Below, piece after piece: positions 25,912 to 37,807 of a stretch of DNA of 64,000 nt (within the stretch, counting starts at the first letter, position 1; the number at the start of each line of letters is the position of its first letter). The stretch is from NCBI GenBank assembly GCA_964016885.1, contig OZ024750.1, positions 54,312,001 through 54,376,000 of the forward strand, in the 5' to 3' direction. Under the pieces are notes generated by a model, which had not been told where the DNA came from, did no database searches, and worked only from the letters and a program-made list of their open reading frames with translations. This DNA comes from Eledone cirrhosa. Taxonomy: Eukaryota. A program made the translations under genes and the position numbers.

Positions 25912-26130
25912 CCTTTTAGCCTTTACATTACTCTATATATACTATTGTATTTTCACAGTAAAGGCTTTACCTCACATAATATCTTACATAACATCGAATT
26001 ATGAGATTTTGATATTATTTGTTTTAAGAACAATACCCTAACATCAGTATGAACGGCCAGTTACAGCCGGTTTAAACAGAAAGAGGTGAAAGAATTCTGG
26101 CTGGATATGGCCAGTTTAAATGCTAAAGGG
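25912..26130. mobile_element. TTAA-specific (piggyBac-like) MITE
   Basis: TTAA-ccttttagc...gctaaaggg-TTAA. The paralogous empty site at about 23495 has a single TTAA. Confidence 0.8.
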
Positions 26131-26572
26131 TTAAACTTAACTCCATTTAATTGATTATTTATTTAGTTAATTCTCCGGACTAAGAAGAAAAATCAGGTAA
26201 ATTTGATCTGTCTCTTCTTCAAACTTATAATTATATATAGTGAGGGTAGTCCAGTGAAATACTGGTGTTGGTACCTAATCAAGCACTCTATGTGCAGGCA
26301 GAGTTGTATATAATAGTAAAAACGAGGAAGTTTTGTTTACATGCAAAAAATATTTTTTGTGTATCAACCTGTTATGTGCGTTTCACAGAGGATTGGCTCA
26401 AATATCCTATGAGTTATGGACTCCTGCATCGATCTGCTCATCATACTGGTGATGTGGCAAAAAATATATTTTCATTGTGGTATGTGAGCTGAGAAGGCAT
26501 ATACATACTCATCGGGATAATTGCTGGTCTTGTGCCGAAAATAGAAACAATTAATATTATTACTTCCTGGTT

Positions 26573-26785
26573 TGGCAGTATCGGTAGAGAGTCGGACACC
26601 ATGCTTTCAAGCATAGAGTTACGTCCCTTTATGATCTGAGTTCAAATCCCGCCGAGGTTAACTTTGCCTTTCATCCTTAAGGGGTCGATAAAATAAAGTA
26701 CCAGGCAGGCGCTGGGGTCGATTTAATCGACTTTCCCTTCCCCCCAAATTGCTGGCCTTGTGCCTATTTAAGAAACCATTATTAC
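26573..26785 (+). mobile_element. tRNA-derived SINE (OR-like), full-length form
   Basis: Contains the gtcgatttaatcgac hairpin segment that is missing from other local copies. Confidence 0.88.
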
Positions 26786-27325
26786 TTCCTACCACTATTA
26801 TTCACAACCAACCAATTTCATGATACGATGAACTAACACCAGGTCGTCCAAGCGTGACCCCCCCCCCCACACACACACACACACCACGCCAATGGGGTCA
26901 CCCCCACTTTCAGCTTCCTGTTTACACCAAAGCAAGTCTTTGACTGACCAAAATACACCTACACGTGCTCACATACACACACACAAATCCTTAAATGCTC
27001 ACGCGCTCGTGAAAACACGCACACGAATATCTGTGAATACACACCTACATTGCCACCCCACCAATTACATCACAATACACACATACGCCCACACACACAA
27101 AATAGGGTTCATGCCTATATATATACCCTCTCAGCCCACATACCACAACAGAAATATATTTTTTGTCACATCACTAGTCTGATGGGCAGATCGATATGCA
27201 ATAAATATTTTTCACATGTAAACGAAACTTCCTTGATTATTCTATTATATATATATATATAGAGAGAGAGAATAATATAATAAAATAACAGGAGGATGGA
27301 CTTGTGTAAATCCTTGAAAGGTTTA

Positions 27326-27387
27326 TTATACTATGATCATTTCAATGACCGGGTTCCGTATGAATCCGGTGATATCATCAGGTATTC
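27326..27387 (-). ncRNA. Hammerhead ribozyme (inverted twin)
   Basis: Reverse complement of the 27543 motif with an identical core. Confidence 0.78.
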
Positions 27388-27542
27388 GAAATATAATAAA
27401 TGCATGTAACAGATAAAATCCATGGGGCTGAAAATCATAGACCCGAGGACGACCGACCATCTAGCATCTTCCACTTTAGCCGGTCGCCCTCAAGTGCTGG
27501 CTATTCGGTCTACTTAACGCTATCTGGTGAGGGGACGATTTC

Positions 27543-27604
27543 GAATACCTGATGATATCACCGGATTCATACGGAACCCGGTCATTGAAATGATCATAGT
27601 ATTT
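27543..27604 (+). ncRNA. Hammerhead ribozyme
   Basis: gaatac-CTGATGA-tatc accgg attcatacggaac ccggt catt-GAAA-tgatca-TA-gtattt. Confidence 0.82.
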
Positions 27605-27773
27605 ACACCAGTCCAGCCTCCTGTTATTTTATTATAATATTTAACTCCGTACTTGCCCCACCGACTACACAAACGAAGACGGTTGAGCTGCTTTACGTTG
27701 AGTACTCTCCATATTATTACATCAAGATTGACCATACGGAATGACCATCTCTATCCAGTGGTGAACCTTCAAA

Positions 27774-27834
<61 letters not shown>

Positions 27835-28000
27835 TTACAATGTCCTTAAAAACCTAAAATTAAAAGTGTATGGCATTTAATCACTAACAATTGTTTCTTC
27901 CCACAGTAATATAACACAGATAGCAAATTATTTAACAATTTGCCATCAATTAGCATATACTCTAGGTGTCATCAGAGTGTCACCATTATGTAGTGAATAG

Positions 28001-28120
28001 TCTGAGTTCAAATCCCGCCGAGGTTAACTTTGCCTTTTATCCTTACGGGGTCGATAAAATAAAGTACCAGTAATACACTGGGATAATTGCTGGCCTTGTG
28101 CCAAAAGTAGAAACAATTAT
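28001..28120 (+). mobile_element. 5'-truncated OR-like SINE
   Basis: tctgagttcaaatcccgccgagg...gaaacaatt. The sequence attatgtagtgaatagtc flanks both sides. Confidence 0.8.
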
Positions 28121-28601
28121 GTAGTGAATAGTCGTATTCTTTGCAGGATGAATGATAACAAGAATGATGCAAGAATTGTGATGTTGACAATGTTTATTTT
28201 ATAATAACAAAATTCACTTGTTGGGTCATTGAATATCGAGTAATAAAATCGTGACAGCAATTATCACTACATTAATTTCTTACTATGTGTATGTGTGTGT
28301 GTATGCATCGAACTAGCGTGTATGCATGTATCGAATAAACGATATAGTAAAAATTGTGTTGCATTTTACAGTAGTGGAGAAATGACAGGAAGGTGAAAGA
28401 ATAGATAAAGTGTAGTAGGGAACAATATAAGGAAACCTACTGTCTGTGTGTGTGTGTGTGTTTATCCTTAGCATACGTTGTTCCTGTAGTAGTAGTCGAT
28501 CTGTCGAGCTGGTATGAATGTTGACCCACAATATTTGCATATGTATCTGTATGTCTCTTGGGTGAAAAGGAGGTCATATAAGTGTTCATTCATTAATAAA
28601 T

Positions 28602-28648
28602 TGCTCCGAAGAATCCAAACCTCGGTTTGGAGGAAACAGTTGTAAGCA
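28602..28648 (+). ncRNA. Hammerhead ribozyme, CCGAAGA core variant
   Basis: tgct-CCGAAGA-a tccaaacc tc ggtttgga g-GAAA-cagttg-TA-agca. Confidence 0.72.
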
Positions 28649-28686
28649 TAAAAATGTTTTGAACAGTTCTTTGATTCTTATAATTC

Positions 28687-28811
<125 letters not shown>

Positions 28812-28883
28812 TGATGGTAGCTAAGATGCTTCCATAGGCGGTATGCCGGTTGAGCACTCTATGATCTTACAGAGCAGAGTATC

Positions 28884-29205
28884 ATATAATAGAAAACGAA
28901 AAATCAGTGATGCATCTCAACTCAATTTATTGTGTGTTACAATCGTTTCGCCGGCGGACAGCTCGAGACGTAATCATTATGTGGATCTGTCTGATTCTGG
29001 ACCCGCAGGTTCGACGGACACGTCTAATGATTTCAGAGCATATTCTCTCACTCTCCGAAATCATTAGACGTGTCCGTCGAACCTGCGGGTCCAGAATCAG
29101 ACAGATCCACACAATGATCACGTCTCGAGCGGTCCGCCGGCGAAACAATTGTAACACAATAAATTGAGTTGAGATGCATCACTGATTTTTCGTTTTCTAT
29201 TATAT
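28884..29205. repeat. Near-perfect ~320-bp palindrome (Penelope-like inverted terminal repeat)
   Basis: Arms of about 150 bp with a spacer at about 29035-29056. Each arm ends in a GAAA-ca(a)t(t)g-TA-acac-AATAAA-like motif next to TA repeats. Confidence 0.9.
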
Positions 29206-29676
29206 ATATATATATATATATATAAATGAAATGTAGAGTTAATAACTCATACTGAAACCCTGTAATTAACAAGCTCAAAGTAATTGTTATTGAGGCGGTC
29301 TGTATAATTTTATTTTTATCATTCTGTCTGCTTCATGGTTAAATATTTCAAACAAATGTGGTTCTTCAACCCTCGTAATATTAAACACACGATTTACTGT
29401 GTTTATTACTACATATATTATTGTTATATATATATATATATTAATGTTTCAGTTACAGAGATGTTATACCTACGGTATCAATTATTAAATAATTAATAAT
29501 ATTTAATTATATGTAAGAAGAATGAGTATATTACTGTCAAAATAAACAAATATTTATGTGTTTCAGGGTAATATTTCAGAAGTTAAACGGCAGGTAATTT
29601 AATGAGTTGAACCGATGTTATATTTACAAAGTAGACCTTTAATTTTACGTTATCTAAATATTATTGCTAAGTACTT

Positions 29677-29920
29677 ATCATCATCATCATCATCACCATT
29701 TTACATCCATTTTTCCACGCTGATTTTGGCTTGATTTCTACAGCTGGATGCCCTTCTTAACACCAACCTCATTTACAGTGAGTACTGGGTGCTTTTTTTC
29801 TGTGGGGCCTACACGTCCATTTTACAGTGTGGGCTGGGTGCCTTTTGAATGACACCTACACGACCACTTTATATATATGCTTCAGCTTTGGCCTGTACCC
29901 ATGAGAAGTCGGGTTTATGT
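29677..29920 (-). mobile_element. RTE/SINE tail fragment
   Basis: (CAT)n then tttctacagctggatgccctt..ctgggtgc; reverse complement of the tail at 4640-5020. Confidence 0.75.
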
Positions 29921-30138
29921 ATTATATATTTGAATTAATATATGTTAAACATTTACACTTATCTAAAGGATATTTGGCAAAGAGATATAAGTGAGTGAGG
30001 TATATAAGAAAATTAAAACTTTATAATGAAATAAATTTATTTAGTTCAGACATAAAGGAGTAAGATGAGATAAGATAATCTATTATATTGAATAAATTAA
30101 TATAACTTGTTAATAATGTATCAGTATATTTTACAATA

Positions 30139-30421
30139 CAGTTGCCCCCCCCCATTCGTGGGGCTTATGTTCCTAGAGCACCCACAAAGAGTGAAAAACC
30201 GCGAATATTGGACATGGTCCAATAGGCGGGCAAATACGGTATATCATTATTAATAATTTAGCGTTAAAAAAATATATATTGCCACGAAAAGCCCATTAAA
30301 AAAATTGTGAAAGATATTTACGATTTCGTGAATATGCAGTGGTTTCCACAAATAATTATTAGTTTTGGTTCTAAGGAAAATTCTGCAAATAACCGGGACC
30401 GTGAATGCCAGGGGTACATTG
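30139..30421. mobile_element. Tigger/pogo-like MITE
   Basis: TA-cagttgcccc..attcg ... tgaatgccaggggtacattg-TA. Confidence 0.6.
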
Positions 30422-30645
30422 TATATAAATGTTGGAACCTACCTATAGATTATTACAAACAATGGTTTTAACATAAGAATAAGTGCTATTCGAAGTATAC
30501 GGAGATAGCTGAATTTATTTGCTAAATGTCTGTCTAATATATATTTATCCTCTGAAATTATCAAAATTATTGCACCAAATACAAATAAACACCCCCATCA
30601 ATTATATTTAAGTATTTATTATTATTAAGGTCAAAGGGCAGTGGA

Positions 30646-30830
30646 TTGGCAGTATCGGTAGAGGGTCGGACACCATGCTTTGCAGCAAAGAGTTACGGCC
30701 CTTTATGGTCTGAGTTCAAATCTCGCCGAGGTTAACTTTGCCTTTCATCCTTATGGGGTCGATAAAATAAAGTACCAGTAATACACTGGGATAATTGCTG
30801 GCCTTGTGCCAAAAGTAGAAACAATTATTA
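30646..30830 (+). mobile_element. OR-like SINE, deletion subfamily
   Basis: Same head and core as 15344. ttattattaaggtcaaagg flanks both sides. Confidence 0.85.
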
Positions 30831-31588
30831 TTAAGGTCAAAGGAAGTTGGATAAGATAGTATATTAATTAAACAAAAGTATCATTTAATCTATATAAACA
30901 TTAATAAGGATTCAGTATCAAGTTCAGCATTAGTTGAAGTAAAGGTTGTAATTGACAGTGTTAGGTTTATAATGGTTAAACGATTGTAGTTTTTTATGGG
31001 GACAAGTAAAGAAAATGTCTGATTTCTTATTTAAAATGTTAGCTTTGGAATAAATAATTAGTTGAAATTCAAGGAGACGTAATCTACATATTATATTGTT
31101 AGATTTATACTCAGAGGATCAACCTAATATTTCCCAATTCAATGTATAAGGTATGTTCTTAATTTTTAATTCCAAGATAAAACGAGCTTATGATGCCATA
31201 ACTTTTAATTTAGGTTTTCTAAAAGAACGAAGATGAGTTAAATCTTGTTTTGAAACTATTTGATGTAGTTCCTGCCATGAGGTGTTAACCATATATTATC
31301 AGTTAAACAATTACTGCTAAGTGGGCATGGTGTTTTATTTCTACAGTTACAGTTTGGATTAATAATAGAATTAGTGTGATTGTCGATTGCTATTAATAAG
31401 AATATATTTGTTGTTGTGGGTGTTAATATTATTTATAAAGTTACATGTAATTTGTATGTTATTCATAGTACCAGGTATTGGGTTATTAATATTATTATTT
31501 GCAGGGTTATTTTGATTGGATGTATTTAATAGCTATTTGTTATTCATTTTAAAGGATTAACAAATTGTACGGTTGAGAATGAGAGTTT

Positions 31589-33582
31589 TGTAGCAAGAGT
31601 TGGCTCCCTTGTCATGACAATCTCATCACCGCTCTCTAGACAGGAAGTAGCTGGAGTTGCTTCCCTTTGGAAGTGACCAACAGGGAGTCTGTCAATCCCA
31701 AAGGGAAGCAACTCCAGCTACTTCCTGTCTAGAGAGCGGTGATGAGATTGTCATGACAAGGGAGGCAACTCTTGGCGAAGGATTATCAAAAAGGAATCAT
31801 CTCAAGCTAAGGTCGCAGGTGTTACCACTTCGGAAATCAGGAGGCGAGAGAGAGATATCGTGGTGACCTGTTCCTTTTATAGGAGGTGACCGGAAGTGAC
31901 CAACAGGGAGTCTGTCAATCCCAAAGGGAAGCAACTACAACTACTTCCTGTCTAGGGAGCGGTGATGAGATTGTCATGACAAGGGAGGCAACTCTTGCTA
32001 CATTATCCCCCGCCAGATTTTTAAAACATAAAAATCGAAAGAAGCATGCATGGAGTAAGATGGCGAGCATGTAAGAGGCATGAAAATTATGATACAATGT
32101 AATAAAAGTAAGAGAAGAGGTCAAAAGTTCAAATATCTAAAATACAGTTCACATGTGTGTAATCACATGACAGCAGTAAAGAATGTGTTCCAGAGAATGA
32201 ATGCAGGTGGTTTCTGTTCTGTGGTATATCGTGAAATTTCCAACCTCCGAATGGATTTTCTCACAGGAAGAATGCTGCAAAAATAAATTCTCTGGCTTGT
32301 TCTGCTGGTTTTGGTTGTTGATGAAGCTGTGTTGCTGTTGATGTTGTTGTCTCGCGGAGTGAAAAAAAATTTTCAGAAAAAATGAGTTGCGCAAAGTGCT
32401 AGAAATAACAGCCGAAGTTGATGGTCGATGTTGAGAATGCGTTGGCCTGGAAGGGTCAAGAGGCCAGCGACCAAAGAAATAAGCATTCTGAATAAATGCG
32501 CAGTTTTCAACGGCAAATTTACGTGGTAAATTTTTAAACCGGCAAATAGGAGAATATAGCTTAAGGCTGGAGAATCCTTGGCGAGAAACATTATCCCTGG
32601 CGTGTGGCTACCTCAGTGAATCGCGATATCTCAGTGAATCGAGAATCCTACACGTGCCAAAACAAGGTTAAGTTGAAAAAATAATATTTCTAATGCGCGA
32701 GAAAATGGCGCGAAAATGATAGTGCAGCAGGTCGTTGGCAGTCATTTTGAAAAAATGTGTGTGTGAAAGTGACAATGATGAAAAAGAAAGAAAGGCTTCA
32801 CTTAGCATAACAAATATGGCGAGTTCAATTTGTTTTCTTTTTATTTTTGGTGTGAACTTTGAAAAAAACTTGAACGATGAAGAAAACGATGAAAAAAAGG
32901 CAATGGTTGAGGTTCATCGAAAATAAATGTTCCTGTTGTAATACGTGTTCGTTGTAAGAAAAGAGAAACATATATATATATATCGTGAAATGCGACAGTT
33001 AGTTGATGCGTGAGAGAAAAAGTCTGTCTGAACGCGAATTTCACATGTGTGTGGTGTGTTCGTTTCTTGGTTGCGTATTTTCATAGTTTGTCAATAAAAT
33101 TTTGCTGTGTATTCGTAATGTTACTCACACAACACCAGATTCTGCTATTTTTTTCTTTTTTCGGGGTCACCACTTATAACAATGAACGGCTGCGTGTTCG
33201 TATCACGTCGGGGTCACCACTTATAGCGAAATACTGGGTTGTATGAATGTAACAAGGAGACGTGGTTTGTGTGTATAATATTTAATTAACAATTTGTGGA
33301 TATATAGAACAGTAGAGTTGACATGTCAATGAGTAGATGAGAGAATGAAACAAAGTTATTAGTTACCGCTTGGTTGCCAGGGTTACACACGCCTGAGAGA
33401 AGACTCCTGGCGAAAGCCAGGAGGCGCCTGACCGAAAAGGCGAATGAGAGAGAGAGAACTTAAAGTTGTTAGTTTTATAGGGTTCTGACCGGAAGTAACA
33501 GAAAGGGTTCTACTTCCTGTCTAAAGAGCGTTAATCTATTGGGGTTGTGAGTGTCACAACAAGGGAGGCAACTCCTGCTACA
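31589..33582 (-). mobile_element. Non-autonomous tRNA-Trp-primed LTR retroelement with rearranged 3' LTR
   Basis: 4-bp TSD GTTT, which rejoins the host Penelope frame. 5' LTR 33222-33582 (TGTAGC..GCTATA), PBS TGGTGACCCCGA, and PPT ggcgggggataa just before the 3' LTR start at 32002. Confidence 0.82.
33161..33219 (-). promoter_or_regulatory. Doubled tRNA-Trp primer-binding site (32-nt and 12-nt copies)
   Basis: Plus strand ggctgcgtgttcgtatcacgtcggggtcacca (33188-33219) equals the tRNA-Trp 3' part including CCA. A second tcggggtcacca lies at 33161-33172. Confidence 0.88.
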
Positions 33583-34192
33583 GTTTAATCGTATTTTTGT
33601 TAATTAGTTTATGGTATCTATGTCCAAGTGGGGAGTTCCTATCTATTATAGAGAAGAGTATATTAGTAGATATATTTAAACGGTGGGTAAAAATGTGTTT
33701 AATCATCTGCGATTTCTTTTTTCGTTTTTATTTTGGCTTATATTTATATTATTACATTGGTTAATCATGTGTGTGGATATATCTGTGGGTTCAGCTGGTT
33801 TATATTTAGTGTTGATATTCTGGATTATAGGTTTTATGCGGGTGTTTATTTTATTGTTCCTAATATTATTTTTACTGTTATTATTTATAATATAGAATAT
33901 ATACTATTGGTGTTTTGTGTTAGTCTTTGTGGTTAGAAAAAGCTATCTCACTTACCGCTTTTCATAAGCGCCGCTAAATTACACTGCTGGTCTCTCCTCT
34001 TCCACGTGCGTCCAACTGTTTAACACCGGGAGCTGCCAAAACTCGCGTCCACCCCGTTGCTGGTCACCACTAGAGAGGGGCATCTGCTGGCCTTTCCGGT
34101 CGAGCATCCTTCCGACAAAGCACCCTTCCGGTCGAGCACTCCCCCACTTCCGGCCACCGCACGCTACACCATACCCACACGCCCCCCTGATC

Positions 34193-36920
34193 TCAAGGAT
34201 CAATTTCCCCCTCGTCCTTCTGCATATGAAAGTCTGCTGTCCAGGTTGGTGGTTTACGACTTCTTTGCGATCTCCGCAGTGTTGGAACAGCACTTTGGGT
34301 TTCCTCTTCCTCGGAGTCCGTTGACACAGTGATTCTACGGACATCCAGGACATGACGTGGTACTCCGTCCACGGACAAATTGTTCTGGGAATTTACGGCC
34401 GTCACCGTTCCCCTTCCCCATTGAGATGTGCAACGTGCGTCTGGGGGCTTAACCCAGACTTCTTCGCCCACCTGCACGAATGCACTCTCTCTCCCCACTG
34501 GCCATTGTGGTGGCGTGCACGGGTGCCGCCACTCGTATCTGAATACTGCTCTGTGTGGCACGATTCCTCGACCTGACCCACCCGAGGGGACATGTACCAG
34601 AACACTGCCTCCATTGGTGAGATATGGCCCCGCTCCGCCATTGCCTTGATTGTCCGGTGGTGTCGCTCCACAATTCCATTCCCGCTCGGCCTGTGCGCTA
34701 CTCTGAAGAAACGGTCCAGCTTCCATCCATCGAGCATTTCCCTCAGCGCCTCCGAGCGGAACGCTGCGCTGTTGTCCATCAGCAGTTCGTCCACAGGGCC
34801 CCACTCCAAGAAAACCTCTCTCAACGTCCGCATGATTTCCTCGGCCGTTCCAGTCTTCATCTCCCTCCATATCGCCATCCGTCCTGGTCCACAGTCGACC
34901 ATCGAGAGGTACGTTCCCTGTCAGTAGTGCGTTACATCCACCGCCAATCGCTTCCAGTCGCGATCCACCGGGAGGCTTCCCGTTTCGTGTACACCCGGGG
35001 CGGGATCAATGGACTGACATCGGACGCAGCCTCTAACCACCCTTTGAACACCGTGTCTGTTAACGTCCGAGTCGATTTTCCTGTGATGCAATCCTTTCAA
35101 TTCCGACTCGGTCAGCTGACACACGGCAGCTATCTTATCTTCTACCTCCTCCGGCGCTTCCATCCAGGCTTTCTTCACCCTAGTTAAGATGTCCGCCCTA
35201 TTTTTCTCTGAGACCACGAAAACTACGCTCAACCTCAGGTCGAACTCGGTGGCCAACTCTCCTAAAGTTCCCAGGCGGCGCTTTATCAGCATCTCCGCCG
35301 CCCCTCTCGTTCGCACTCTCTTCTCACTGGTGATCACTGATCTCACCCATCCGAGTACAGTAGCCGAGTCGGTGCGTATCTCGATGGTGCGCAGTCCCCA
35401 CCTCAGGGCGAGGTTCACCCCTCTCAACACTGCGTCCAACTCGGCCACATTGATGTGGTTGCAGTCGTCCTTCTTCCTAAGCCAGGCTGCATCCTCGACC
35501 TCAACACCTCCTATCTCCAACGTGACACCCAGCGCTATGCGGCTGGCATCGCACCATACGGTCCCGCTCTGTGATTTGGGAACATACCAGCGTCCCCGCA
35601 CTGGGTCATCGGCCTTCACCCTCCCCATGATCTCCTGCATCATGGCCACCGTCCTCTCTCCCACTCTGTCACTCCTCCCGCTCGTCTCTTGACATAGCTG
35701 CATGCCGTCCGGAGCCACCCAGCAATCGGGTAGTGACCCACTAACTTTCTACACACCGAGAAAAGCTCCCACCTACTCATACTTGGGCCCAGTTCTGGAA
35801 CTTCATTTCCCCTTTGGAATACCAAGACGCCCGTCCTGTCTCGCCGTAGCCTAAGTCTCAGCGCGGCTCCTCCCTCCAACGCTTCTGACGGCTTCGCAGC
35901 CAGTCCATACCCATGTAAATGGCTCGTGACCTCCGTCGCCGACACCACGGACTCGTCCACTAGGATGTCGTCAATATAGGAGTTAGTAGCCCTCTTCATC
36001 TTGTCGGCCTTTCCCAGAATGGTCTTGAGGACCGCCGCCCGAAACCGAGCCTGGTCAGGCAATATGTCCGGCCCTTATACCTGACCAGCTGATACTGCCA
36101 GAGCTTCTCATCTATATGAAATTGCAAGTATGCCGACTTTAGATCTACGATTACTGAACCCCCCGTCATGCGTCTCCACTCACGCAGGGTTTCCCCACAG
36201 ACATCCGTGACCTCGCCACCCGTGTGGCATGAGACGTGCTCGTTCAGCTCCCGAAAGTCCAGCACCGGCCTCACCTTGTTCTTCGTGGGTTGCGCCACCG
36301 CCATTAACGGCAATACTCCGCACTTCACCTCCTCTTTCCAGGGAAGCAGTATGCTCTCCTCAATCCATCTCTCTACCTCTCGCTCGAACTCGCTCCTAAT
36401 GTTTCCCTTCAATGTGTGTTGATAGCATCCCACTTTGGTCTTCAGTGTTGGTGGTTCTCCCTTCCAGTACCACTCAACAACCCATCGCTGCCCATCGAAC
36501 ACGGCCTCTAAGTCTTTGTCCTGCACAGTGAAAGCGGAGTATTTCTCCTCGTGGGTCTTCTAGTTCTCCTGTCGCGCACTCACAGCGCATACCGATGCAG
36601 CGACGCCAAACGACACACCGACGTTGTTCACTGTGATGCCTCCTAGACGGCCAATTGCGTCCATGCCCATAACCACACCGATCCCATCCACCACGCTGTC
36701 CACTACGAAGGCAGAAAGCCTTATTTTCCTTCCCCGTAACGCTATTTCCATCTCGCTGCGACCTCGGCATTCAATTTCCTGCCGTCGACTGCCCTTACGC
36801 TGCTCTTCCCTCTCCACCTCTGCGCCACCCCCGCGGTCACCAGTGTCGTCGTACAGCCCGTGTCCACGAGCGCTCGCTGTGGCTTTCCCCTCACGAAGAC
36901 TTCCACCACGGGCAGCGCCT
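34193..36920 (-). pseudogene. pol: pol (protease, RT, RNase H, integrase), frameshifted
   Basis: ALVDTGC; VRPVLDFRELN, DLKSAY, YIDD; WCDAS..NVAELDA..RTDS; HH..CVRC, AVDV, LMDN, GNGIVER; GEEVWVK..W. Confidence 0.92.
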
Positions 36921-37679
36921 CTACTCGTAAGGGGCAACTACCGGCGCAGTAGTTCCCCTTGGATCGTTTCCTTGGTCGCAGTTAACAGCGATGTCGCCTG
37001 GTCGCTTACACCGGTAGCATATTATTTCCGGCCTTGATTCTCTGCAGTCTCTACCCATGTGCGGGCCCTGGCACCGAAAACAGCGACCTCTAAACGTTCG
37101 CGGGCGACCACGTGCCGTGGTTGCCTCCCTTTCACCATTTCGCTGCCAGCTGTCTTGAGCCTCTGTAGTTGCTATCGCCGCGACACTCTTCTTGGCATCT
37201 TCTGCTATGATCCGGGCTTGTTCCACCAGTGAACGCATTTCCATTTCTTTGTAACCCGGGACTTGCTGCAGTTTCACAGCTATGTCGTCTGGAAATCCAT
37301 TTATGAACGCCAACCGCACCGTGCGTTCGCATTCCACCTGATATCCAGCCAACATGGCCAATCGCCGTATTTCCGCTGCGAAAATGTCCACGCGTTCACC
37401 GTTCCATCTAATTCTTGCCAGCTTAGCAAAAGCGGCTAACAGTCCCTATGCGAACGCTTCCATCATGCGCCTCTCAATATTTTGCGCATCTCTTTGGCTG
37501 TGTTCATCCAACTCAAGGAAGAGTACCAACGCGTCCCCCTCGAGGTACAGTGCCATGAGGCCAGCCACATCTATCTTCTGTAAGCTTGCGACCAGCCGGA
37601 CTTTTGGCAGCCATGCGACAACATCGCCTTCACCGGTAAATGCCTTAATCGCTTCACTTGTTCGTAGTCTCGTCGCCAT
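36921..37679 (-). pseudogene. gag: gag (frameshifted), two zinc knuckles
   Basis: ALYLEGDAL, CFRCQGPHMGRDC and CYRCKRPGDIAVNC. Confidence 0.88.
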
Positions 37680-37807
37680 ATCCTAATTTGTCTTGCGGTA
37701 CGTGATAAAAAAACAACAACAGACTCCTCTCTGTTTTTCCAGTAGCTTTGTTTTCGAGAAAGTTTTTTTTTTTTTTTTTTTTTTTCAATCAGATCTCAGT
37801 TTCCAGT

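Larger units (their letters stand above)
27276..27636. mobile_element. Inverted Penelope-like terminal repeats, each with a hammerhead
   Basis: 27276-27392 is the reverse complement of 27538-27636. Flanked by (TA)n/(GA)n. Confidence 0.8.

Noticed and set aside
33188-33219. tRNA-Trp gene
   Set aside because: Only the 3' 32 nt are present, with encoded CCA, adjacent to an LTR. It is a primer copy.
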